The notes below the pieces were generated by a model that did no database searches, had not been told where the DNA came from, and worked only from the letters and a program-made list of their open reading frames with translations. This document shows, piece after piece, positions 22,401-34,400 of a stretch of 64,000 nt of DNA; within the stretch, counting starts at the first letter, position 1, and every line of letters starts with the position of its first letter. A program made the translations under genes and the position numbers. Location: the NCBI GenBank assembly GCA_965644315.1, contig CBFFRQ010000094.1, forward strand, positions 245,443 to 309,442, given 5' to 3'. This DNA comes from Caecitellus pseudoparvulus (lineage: Eukaryota > Protista > Bigyra: Bicosoecida).

Positions 22401-25400
22401 GACCTTCGACGTGACCATCGTGAACGACGACGGCGCTGGGAGCACTGGCCCCGCGTACGATGTGCGGGTGTACGACGACCGCCTGGGCGAGGACGCGCTG
22501 TTGACGACGGGGACGTACCGTGTGACATCTGTGAGCTACACGATTGGTGCGGGTCCGAGTGTGCCAGCGACAGCGGGTCTTGGCCGTGATGGCGGTGCGT
22601 TTGTGGAGATCCCGGAGGTGCCCCACGACGAGACGGTGGTTGTGCGGTATGTGGTGCAGGTGTCTGGTGATGTTGAAGCCAGTGCATCTTTGATCGTGTT
22701 GCCGCATGTGGCGTACCGCAGCCATCCGTTGGAGCGCAGCGGGCTGTTGTTTGGGGATGCGTACCCGAGCAGTGCGATCCAGAACTACACGGCCGGGAGC
22801 TCTAATCTGGAAACTGTTGTTGTGTCGTCGCCTTCGTTTCAAGCTTCAATCACTGATGTTGATGACGAAACTTCATTGTCACCGACTGAGGTCGTCCATG
22901 GGTCTTCCATCGAGTACACAATCACTCTTGTTGTGCCCCAGACTAACATGACTGGAGCTGTTTTTGACTTTGACCTTGGACTTGGTGATGGTTTACTGTC
23001 CGCAGCAGAAGTTGTAAGTGTGACTGCAGACCCCGCTCTGGGATCCACTTATGGACCCTTTGTCGATTTTGCCGACGAGGGCTTTGTGCACACGACTTTG
23101 AGCTCCTCCAGCGTCTCGCTCGACTTTGGCACTATTTTCAACACCGATGTTGTGCCAGGGACTACTGAGCTGGTCGTTGTGCGCATTAATGCCTTCGTGT
23201 CTAACTTGACGGCTCCCGTGGACGGGAGTTCTGGCGGCGCACTTCCACGAATCACATCTAGTCTTGGCTTTGTGGACGGGTCGACAGCTACCTTGACTCT
23301 TCGTCTGCCCAACCTTGGCATGGTAGCTTTGGAACCTGGAGTCGAGGTTGATCGGGGCGATCTGGTTCCCATGAATGTGACAGTGTTCCACTCAGCAGTG
23401 TCTTCTTCGACTGCATTTAACTTGACAGTCTTTGATTCCCTGTTGACGGAGGCTCCCAGTGGGCTCACCGCCTACTTGTTTAGCTCCCTTGTTGCGGATG
23501 ACTCTCCAGTCGATTCGGTTGCACTCTATGATGTTGACAACACCGGGCAACTTCTCTTCCTCGATCAGGTTCAGCTGGTCCATGCTGCTGGTCTCAACTA
23601 CACCGTTCGCATTGATAATGCTGTCTCTGCGAATGCCGTTATCGTTTCAAAGCTCTCAGCAAGCTACTTGTCACACCCCAATCCAAGGTATGGCAGTGCA
23701 AGGAAGTTTTTCATCACGGAAGGGGATCTGATTCAACCTGACATTGCTATTGACACCCCAACTTTTGTCGGCATGATTTTGGAGCCTGACAGTCAGAGCA
23801 CCAGTGGAGGTGCACTGATTGGTCAGACCGTTCACATGCAGGTATTGGTCCAGCTTCCTGAAGTTATCACGTCAGATGCCGCCCTGAACGTTTCTTTTGT
23901 CACGTCCGACATGTTTGCTATTGTTTCGTTGGACAACTTGTACTCCAACCGCCCTGCCCTGCTCGTGACAGACGCCGCACCTTCTTTCCAAGACATTCTT
24001 GCTATCCCAACTGCGGTGGCACTGTTCCCTGATTCGAGTGTCAAGATTGAGCTCGGGAACCTAACAAACCTCGACTTTGATGATGACGTCCCCGAGCGCC
24101 TGTACCTAAACATGACCGTCTTTGTCCAGCCTTCCCTGCCAAATGTTCGGGGGCGAGAGCTCACAGCAGTTGCAACATTCACTGCATTGAACCTTGACTC
24201 CGAAGATGTGCAGAGCAATGCGTCCATGATCGTCTTCGAACCGGAAATGACGCTGACAGCTGCGCCGGCTACTGTGACGGCAGATTCGGGGGACATTGTA
24301 GCCTTTACAGTGACTTCCGCAGCTCTCGGGCTTCCTATGCATGGTACAGCGTTTAATGTGGAGCTTTATGACAATGATCTTTCTGCAGGCAAGTACTCCG
24401 TAGTTACAGTTCACGTCGATGGTGCGAAAGTTTACGAATCCGACCCTGGTACAACGCCTGGAGACGGATTCGGAAGTCTCGGCCTCGGGCCGGGTGGAAA
24501 CCTCTCGCCAAACTTCGTGGCCCGAATGCCCCATGTACCTGCCGGCAGCAATAGCCAAGTGACATACACCCTGATGTTGAACACGTCTATCGAGGCGGGC
24601 GAATCTTTTGCCCCAGGACTTGAGGTGCGGTTTACCAGCGTCAACGGAAGCGACTTCTCAGTTCCAAGAAACTACAGCTCAGTGCAAGCATCTCCTTCAT
24701 CCATTGAAGGCTCTCTTCCATCTATCACTGTGCGCGCCGAGAGCGATGAGGCAACGTACGCCCCTGACACGTACAGCCTGGGCAGCACCGTCGTGCACGT
24801 GGTGCGAGTGACGGTTGCGGAGGGCACGATGCGGGGTGCGAGCATGACGCTGACGCTGTCTGACACGACTCGGTTTGCGTTTGTGGGTGTGTCCAGCATC
24901 ACTGCGCCTGGCAGTGTGACGAGCAGCCATGGCGACTGGGACAGCGTGGTGGCGCCGGGCCATGTGTCGAGCGTGGCTGGTACGTCCCTGACCGTGGACA
25001 TGGGCACGGTGGTGAACCGTGACACGTCCAACGCCGTGTCTGAGGTGGTGGAGATGCGGGTGGTGACGGTGGCCCTTGTGAATGTGGGGCACGTGGCCGG
25101 CGTGGTGACGGGCGTGAGCGTGGAGGTGGTGAGCAGCGAGGTGGGCGCTGGTGTCGTGACGGACAGCACGAGCGTGACGGCTGAGGAGCCGGATGTGGCG
25201 TACACTGTGTCGCTGCCTGCTGGCGGTCCGTACGACGCGGGTGACGAGTTGGTGTTCACGGTGAGCGTGAGTGGTCTGGCTACGACAGGCGATGACAGCC
25301 CCGCGTACGGCGTGGTGTTGACGGACGGCGAGTTGTTGTCAGGCAGGTACTCTGTGGTGCAGGTGAACTCCAGCGTGGACGGCGTGTTGTTCACGGCTGA

Positions 25401-28400
25401 TGCGGGTGACAGCGACTCTGGCTTTGGGAGCTTGGGTCGTGGTCCTGGCGGGTCCAGCGTGCCTGCTCTGGTGGGCAGCGTGGGCCGTGTGAATGTGAGC
25501 GAGGTGGTGGTGTTCACGTACGCGGTGAAGCTGGACACGAGCGTGGAGTCCGAGGAGGTGTTTGAGCCTGACGTGACAGTTGCGTGGAGCAGCCACCCCG
25601 GCAGCGTGCACGGTGTGGCGCGGAACTACACGCGTGACATTGGTGGCGCTGGCAAGCCGGACGTGGTGATTGATTCGCCGGTGTACAGCGTGAGCGTGGT
25701 GCCGGATGGCTTCGGCGACTCCCCGAGCGAGGTGGTGGTGGGCCAGGAGGTGATCGTGACGGCAGTGGTGGAGGTGATCGAGGGCACGACGAGTGCTCCC
25801 ATCGTGACGCTGACGCACACTGACGGCACGATGCTGCAGTGGGTGTCGGTGCTGTCCATCGAGGCGTCGTCGCCGAATGTGACGAGCTCCCACGGTGCAT
25901 TCAGCAGCGTGCTGTCGGGGCACACGAGCGTGGTGCCTGGGTCCAGCGTGACTGTGGACTTGGGCACGCTTGAGAATGTGAACGTGGACAACGGCGTGGC
26001 CGAGACGGTGACGGTGCGTGTGCTGGCTGTGGTGCCTGACGCGGGTGCAGTGCGTGGTGCGACGGTGGACGTGGACACGGCGCTGACGGGCGGTGCGTTG
26101 GTGGGGACGTTCACGAGCAGCACGACGTTGACGCTGGCTGAGGGTGAGCTGAATACGAGCCCTGTGGTGGTGCCGCTGTCTGTGACGGATGTGGATGCGG
26201 GCGACTTTGTGACGACGAGCATCACGCTGACGCACGATGGGGCATCGGATGCACCCGTGTACAACGTGACGGTGCGCGATGTGGAGCTGGCGAGCGGAGA
26301 GTACACGGTTGTGGGCGTGTCGGTGGACGGTGTGAGTGTGCCGTACAGCGCTGCGCCTGGTGGTGAGATCGTGGAGGTGGCGAGTCTGGCACACGGCGCG
26401 AGCGTGGTTGTGAACGTGACGCTGCGCATGGACGTGAGCATTGAGACGGGTCACTTTGTGTCCCCGGAGCTGGTTGTGGAGTACACGTCGCACCCTGGCG
26501 GGTCGGGTCGCCCGGCGACGTTTGCGGTGCTGCCCCGGCAGGTGTTCGCTGTGGACGGCGCTGTGATCGGCAGTTCGACTGTGCTGGACGGGTCCAGTGC
26601 GGATGGTGCTGGTTTGGTGGTGGGCACTGTGGTGCAGGTGGTGACCCAGGTGGCGTTGCCTGAAGGCACCAGCCGCGACAGTCTGCTGGTGTTGGAGGTG
26701 ACGGGTGTGACGGACGCCTTCAGCACGTGGAGCGTGGACTCTGTCGTGGACGCGTCTGGCAGCGGTGCCCTGAGCAGCAGCTGTGTGGGGAGCTTCGGCG
26801 CCCTGGCCAGCTACGGCGGCATCGTGCGCAACGCGTCCCATGTGCTGTTGCCCATGTGCGACGTGACGAACACGGACACCGACAACGGAGTGGCTGAGCC
26901 GTTCGTGGTGACGATGTCTGCCCGCGTGTTGGATGTGGTGTCTGTGCAGCAGGGCGCCTCTGTGAACATCACGGCATCATTCACGTCAGTGTCTGATGGT
27001 CCCATTTCTGTGTTGTCTGGCAACTTCACCGTGCGCGAGGCAGGGTTGGAGGCGGCCAGTGTGACGCCCAAGGCTGTGGCGGGTGTGGACGGCGGCGACA
27101 GCGTGGTTGTGACTGCGGTGGTGGACCACACGGGCAGCTCTGACGCGCCTGCGTACAGCATCATCGTGCGGGACAACGGCACGGCAGTGTACCGCGAGGA
27201 CGACGGGTCGGTGGTGGCTGCCGCTGCAGCCCCGCAGTACATCTTGACGGAGGTGCGGGTGAACGGTGTGGTGCAGGGCGGGCCCTTGACCCACGGCAGC
27301 GACGGCGTGGTGGTTGTGATTGCCTCCTTGCCTGCTGGCGCAACTGCGACGGTGCAGGCGACGTTCACGGTGCAGGGCGTGGTGGAGCCGAGCGTGCGGC
27401 TGGTGCCGTGGCTGAGTCTGGACTGGAGCAGTCACCCTGAGGGGAGCGCCGCGCGGAATGCGAGTGTTGTGGGCGGGGAGGGTGTGAGCGCCGCGCTGGT
27501 GGACACGGCGACACCTGCGGGGCAGGTGGGTGTGGTGTCACCCAGTCCTGGTCTGACGGCCAGCATTGGTGAGCTGGTGACGTACACGCTGAACGTGAGT
27601 GTGGTGGAGGGGACGCTGCGGTCCAGTGCGCTGCGCGTGGAGGTGCTGCCAGTTGTGACTGCGGTTGCGACGGAGGTGGTGCAGTTTGGTGCGCCGGCGC
27701 TGAGCAGCGTGCGCAGCTACCGTGTGACGGCGGGTGGCGTGGAGAGCGCTGCGCCGTTGGTGTCGTCTGATGTTGCGGGTGTGGGCAGCACGTTCAGCGG
27801 ATTTGTGGGTCTGGAGAGCGCGTTGGTGAGTGAGCAAGGCTTCACGCTGGGCACTGGGACGGTGGTGAACGGGCACCTGTCTGACGGCGGCGCTGATGGG
27901 CTGGTGGAGGAGATGGAGCTGGTGTACACGGTGCGCGTGCGGGACGTGGACGTTGGCTCCGATGCGATTATGCGTGGTGACACGTTCGAGAGCCGGGTGG
28001 AGTTGACGTCTGCGGGCGTGGAGAGCGGTGAGGTGGTGCTGGTGAGCCCCACGGTGACTGTGATTGAGCCCAGCTTGGCGGCGTTGGTGGTGAGCCCCAC
28101 CGCGGTGTCTGGCGTGGACGGCAGCGATGTGATTGTGTTCGAGGTGCTCGTGAGCCATGACGGCGCCTCGGACGCTGACGCGAACAACGTGGAGGTCGTG
28201 GACACGGCCCTGGTGGGCGGTGTGCCGGGGGCCCCCTACGAGCTGCTGGCCGTGTACGTGGACGGTGTGCTGGTGTACGAGGCCGGCGTGGACGACGACA
28301 GCGCTGTGCTGTCTGACGGTGCGCTGGCGACGTTGCCAGTGCTGGGTCTGGGCAGCACTGCGAATGTGACGTACGTGGTGAGCGTGAGCCCGGTGGCGGA

Positions 28401-31400
28401 GGTGGGCAGCACCCTGACGCCAGATGTGCAGGCAGGGTACACGTCGGTGCCGGACCGCAGCGTGGCGCGGAACTACAGCGTGGTGCCTGGTGTGGGCGCT
28501 GTGGTGTCTGTGGTGGACACGGCAGAGGTGGACTTCAACGCGAGCATGGTTGCGGGTGCGGACGCGCCTGCCGGGAGTGGCGGTGTGACGCCTGTGACTG
28601 TGGGCGGTGAGGTGTCGTTTGAGTTGACGTTCGAGGTGCCTGAGGGGCAGATGAGCGGCGTTGACTTGCTTGTGAACTTCAGCGACCCTGTGCTGGTGCA
28701 GTGGATCAGCAGTGATCCGTCTGTGGTGGTGAGCATCACGCCCAGCTCGCCTGCTGTGACATCCAACTGCAGTGGGGGCCTGGCCGGCGCGGCCAGTGCT
28801 GCTGTGCTGCATGGTGATGGCGCCAGTGCCAGCGTGTCCCTGTGCACGCTCAGCAACACCGACGACGACAACGACGTGGTGGAGACGGTGACGGTGCGGC
28901 TGACGGGTGTGGTGCAGGATGTGCCATCTGCGGTGCAGGGCGCCTCGTTCATCCTGACGGCCAACGTGACCAGTGCTGAGGGGACGCCTGTGAACATGGT
29001 GGCTGGTCCGGGTGTGATTGCGGAGCCACTGCTGGAGGCGTCCCTGTCCAGCGGTCCGGTGGGCGGCAGCGTCGTGGACGCGAACGACACGCTGACGTTT
29101 GTGTTTGTGGTGGGTGCAGCCCCTGGCAGCGATGCGACGGCGTACAATGTGCGGGTGCAGGACACTGCGTTCGCGACTCAGGACGATGGTCTGGGCGGCG
29201 GTCCGGAGGGCAGCTCCAGCGGCGAGCCTCTGTACGAGGTGAGTGGCGTGACTGTGGACGGTGTGGCGGTGCCGCACGACAGCGTGGGCTTTGCTGCGGA
29301 CGGGACGCTGGTGCTGTTGGGGGAGCTGGCAGTGTCCACTGGGGACATTGTGATCGAGGTGAACGTGACGCTGCGCACGGACATCGAGAGCGGGACAGGC
29401 GTGTCTCCGACGTTTGAGGTGACGTGGAGCAGTGCAGTGGACGGGAGCGGGGCACGGAACCGGACGCTGGTGGGGGGTGCCCTGTCAGCGCCGTCCGTGT
29501 CTGTGGCCCGTCCATCTGTCACTGTGCGCGCCGAGAGCGACGAGGCGACGTACGCCCCTGACACGTACAGCCTGGGCAGCACCGTCGTGCACGTGGTGCG
29601 AGTGACGGTTGCGGAGGGCACGATGCGGGGTGCGAGCATGACGCTGACGCTGTCTGACACGACTCGGTTTGCGTTTGTGGGTGTGTCCAGCATCACTGCG
29701 CCTGGCAGTGTGACGAGCAGCCATGGCGACTGGGACAGCGTGGTGGCGCCGGGCCATGTGTCGAGCGTGGCTGGTACGTCCCTGACCGTGGACATGGGCA
29801 CGGTGGTGAACCGTGACACGTCCAACGCCGTGCCTGAGGTGGTGGAGATGCGGGTGGTGACGGTGGCCCTTGTGAATGTGGGGCACGTGGCCGGCGTGGT
29901 GACGGGCGTGAGCGTGGAGGTGGTGAGCAGCGAGGTGGGCGCTGGTGTCGTGACGGACAGCACGAGCGTGACGGCTGAGGAGCCGGATGTGGCGTACACT
30001 GTGTCGCTGCCTGCTGGCGGTCCGTACGACGCGGGTGACGAGTTGGTGTTCACGGTGAGCGTGAGTGGTCTGGCTACGACAGGCGACGACAGCCCCGCGT
30101 ACGGCGTGGTGTTGACGGACGGCGAGTTGTTGTCAGGCAGGTACTCTGTGGTGCAGGTGAACTCCAGCGTGGACGGCGTGTTGTTCACGGCTGATGCGGG
30201 TGACAGCGACTCTGGCTTTGGGAGCTTGGGTCGTGGTCCTGGCGGGTCCAGCGTGCCTGCTCTGGTGGGCAGCGTGGGCCGTGTGAATGTGAGCGAGGTG
30301 GTGGTGTTCACGTACGCGGTGAAGCTGGACACGAGCGTGGAGTCCGAGGAGGTGTTTGAGCCTGACGTGACAGTTGCGTGGAGCAGCCACCCCGGCAGCG
30401 TGCACGGCGTGGCGCGGAACTACACGCGTGACATTGGTGGCGCTGGCAAGCCGGATGTGGTGATTGATTCGCCGGTGTACAGCGTGAGCGTGGTGCCTGA
30501 TGGCTTCGGCGACTCCCCGAGCGAGGTGGTGGTGGGCCAGGAGGTGATCGTGACGGCAGTGGTGGAGGTGATCGAGGGCACGACGAGTGCTCCCATCGTG
30601 ACGCTGACGCACACTGACGGCACGATGCTGCAGTGGGTGTCGGTGCTGTCCATCGAGGCGTCGTCGCCGAATGTGACGAGCTCCCACGGTGCATTCAGCA
30701 GCGTGCTGTCGGGGCACACGAGCGTGGTGCCTGGGTCCAGCGTGACTGTGGACTTGGGCACGCTTGAGAATGTGAACGTGGACAACGGCGTGGCCGAGAC
30801 GGTGACGGTGCGTGTGCTGGCTGTGGTGCCTGACGCGGGTGCAGTGCGTGGTGCGACGGTGGACGTGGACACGGCGCTGACGGGCGGTGCGTTGGTGGGG
30901 ACGTTCACGAGCAGCACGACGTTGACGCTGGCTGAGGGTGAGCTGAACACGAGCCCTGTGGTGGTGCCGCTGTCTGTGACGGATGTGGATGCGGGCGACA
31001 TTGTGACGACGAGCATCACGCTGACGCACGATGGGGCATCGGATGCACCCGTGTACAACGTGACGGTGCGCGATGTGGAGCTGGCGAGCGGGGAGTACAC
31101 GGTGGTGGGCGTGTCGGTGGATGGTGTGAGTGTGCCGTACAGCGCTGCGCCTGGTGGTGAGATCGTGGAGGTGGCGAGTCTGGCGCACGGCGCGAGCGTG
31201 GTTGTGAACGTGACGCTGCGCATGGACGTGAGCATTGAGACGGGTCACTTTGTGTCCCCCGAGCTGGTTGTGGAGTACACGTCGCACCCTGGCGGGTCGG
31301 GTCGCCGGGCGACGTTTGCGGTGCTGCCCCGGCAGGTGTTCGCTGTGGACGGCGCTGTGATCGGCAGTTCGGCTGTGCTGGACGGGTCCAGTGCGGATGG

Positions 31401-34400
31401 TGCTGGTTTGGTGGTGGGCACTGTGGTGCAGGTGGTGACCCAGGTGGCGTTGCCTGAAGGCACCAGCCGCGACAGTCTGCTGGTGTTGGAGGTGACGGGT
31501 GTGACGGATGCCTTCAGCACGTGGAGCGTGGACTCTGTCGTGGACGCGTCTGGCAGCGGTGCCCTGAGCAGCAGCTGTGTGGGGAGCTTCGGCGCCCTGG
31601 CCAGCTACGGCGGCATCGTGCGCAACGCGTCCCATGTGCTGCTGCCCATGTGCGACGTGACGAACACGGACACCGACAACGGAGTGGCTGAGCCGTTCGT
31701 GGTGACGATGTCTGCCCGCGTGTTGGATGTGGTGTCTGTGCAGCAGGGCGCCTCTGTGAACATCACGGCATCATTCACGTCAGTGTCTGATGGTCCCATT
31801 TCTGTGTTGTCTGGCAACTTCACCGTGCGCGAGGCAGGGTTGGAGGCGGCCAGTGTGACGCCCAAGGCTGTGGCGGGTGTGGATGGCGGCGACAGCGTGG
31901 TGGTGACTGCGGTGGTGGACCACACGGGCAGCTCTGACGCGCCTGCGTACAGCATCATCGTGCGGGACAACGGCACGGCAGTGTACCGCGAGGACGACGG
32001 GTCGGTGGTGGCCGCCGCTGCAGCCCCGCAGTACATCTTGACGGAGGTGCGTGTGAACGGTGTGGTGCAGGGCGGGCCCTTGACCCACGGCAGCGACGGC
32101 GTGGTGGTTGTGATTGCCTCCTTGCCTGCTGGTGCGACTGCGACGGTGCAGGCGACGTTCACGGTGCAGGGCGTGGTGGAGCCGAGCGTGCGGCTGGTGC
32201 CGTGGCTGAGCCTGGACTGGAGCAGTCACCCTGAGGGGAGCGCCGCGCGGAATGCGAGTGTTGTGGGCGGTGAGGGTGTGAGCGCCGCGCTGGTGGACAC
32301 GGCGACACCTGCGGGGCAGGTGGGTGTGGTGTCACCCAGTCCTGGTCTGACGGCCAGCATTGGTGAGCTGGTGACGTACACGCTGAACGTGAGTGTGGTG
32401 GAGGGGACGCTGCGGTCCAGTGCGCTGCGCGTGGAGGTGCTGCCAGTTGTGACTGCGGTTGCGACGGAGGTGGTGCAGTTTGGTGCGCCGGCGCTGAGCA
32501 GCGTGCGCAGCTACCGTGTGACGGCGGGTGGCGTGGAGAGCGCTGCGCCGTTGGTGTCGTCTGATGTTGCGGGTGTGGGCAGCACGTTCAGCGGATTTGT
32601 GGGTCTGGAGAGCGCGTTGGTGAGTGAGCAAGGCTTCACGCTGGGCACTGGGACGGTGGTGAACGGGCACCTGTCTGACGGCGGCGCTGATGGGCTGGTG
32701 GAGGAGATGGAGCTGGTGTACACGGTGCGCGTGCGGGACGTGGACGTTGGCTCCGATGCGATTATGCGTGGTGACACGTTCGAGAGCCGGGTGGAGTTGA
32801 CGTCTGCGGGCGTGGAGAGCGGTGAGGTGGTGCTGGTGAGCCCCACGGTGACTGTGATTGAGCCCAGCTTGGCGGCGTTGGTGGTGAGCCCCACCGCGGT
32901 GTCTGGCGTGGACGGCAGCGATGTGATTGTGTTCGAGGTGCTCGTGAGCCATGACGGCGCCTCGGACGCTGACGCGAACAACGTGGAGGTCGTGGACACG
33001 GCCCTGGTGGGCGGTGTGCCGGGGGCCCCCTACGAGCTGCTGGCCGTGTACGTGGACGGTGTGCTGGTGTACGAGGCCGGCGTGGACGACGACAGCGCTG
33101 TGCTGTCTGACGGTGCGCTGGCGACGTTGCCAGTGCTGGGTCTGGGCAGCACTGCGAATGTGACGTACGTGGTGAGCGTGAGCCCGGTGGCGGAGGTGGG
33201 CAGCACCCTGACGCCAGATGTGCAGGCAGGGTACACGTCGGTGCCGGACCGCAGCGTGGCGCGGAACTACAGCGTGGTGCCTGGTGTGGGCGCTGTGGTG
33301 TCTGTGGTGGACACGGCAGAGGTGGACTTCAACGCGAGCATGGTTGCGGGTGCGGACGCGCCTGCCGGGAGTGGCGGTGTGACGCCTGTGACTGTGGGCG
33401 GTGAGGTGTCGTTTGAGTTGACGTTCGAGGTGCCTGAGGGGCAGATGAGCGGCGTTGACTTGCTTGTGAACTTCAGCGACCCTGTGCTGGTGCAGTGGAT
33501 CAGCAGTGATCCGTCTGTGGTGGTGAGCATCACGCCCAGCTCGCCTGCTGTGACATCCAACTGCAGTGGGGGCCTGGCCGGCGCGGCCAGTGCTGCTGTG
33601 CTGCATGGTGATGGCGCCAGTGCCAGCGTGTCCCTGTGCACGCTCAGCAACACCGACGACGACAACGACGTGGTGGAGACGGTGACGGTGCGGCTGACGG
33701 GTGTGGTGCAGGATGTGCCATCTGCGGTGCAGGGCGCCTCGTTCATCCTGACGGCCAACGTGACCAGTGCTGAGGGGACGCCTGTGAACATGGTGGCTGG
33801 TCCGGGTGTGATTGCGGAGCCACTGCTGGAGGCGTCCCTGTCCAGCGGTCCGGTGGGCGGCAGCGTCGTGGACGCGAACGACACGCTGACGTTTGTGTTT
33901 GTGGTGGGTGCAGCCCCTGGCAGCGATGCGACGGCGTACAATGTGCGGGTGCAGGACACTGCGTTCGCGACTCAGGACGATGGTCTGGGCGGCGGTCCGG
34001 AGGGCAGCTCCAGCGGCGAGCCTCTGTACGAGGTGAGTGGCGTGACTGTGGACGGTGTGGCGGTGCCGCACGACAGCGTGGGCTTTGCTGCGGACGGGAC
34101 GCTGGTGCTGTTGGGGGAGCTGGCAGTGTCCACTGGGGACATTGTGATCGAGGTGAACGTGACGCTGCGCACGGACATCGAGAGCGGGACAGGCGTGTCT
34201 CCGACGTTTGAGGTGACGTGGAGCAGTGCAGTGGACGGGAGCGGGGCACGGAACCGGACGCTGGTGGGGGGTGCCCTGTCAGCGCCGTCCGTGTCTGTGG
34301 CCCGTCCATCTGTCACTGTGCGCGCCGAGAGCGACGAGGCGACGTACGCCCCTGACACGTACAGCCTGGGCAGCACCGTCGTGCACGTGGTGCGAGTGAC

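Noticed and set aside
15256-22842. Recurrent 84-314-aa alternative-frame and antisense ORFs every 978 bp
   Set aside because: Same shadow effect within array 1; no independent coding signal.
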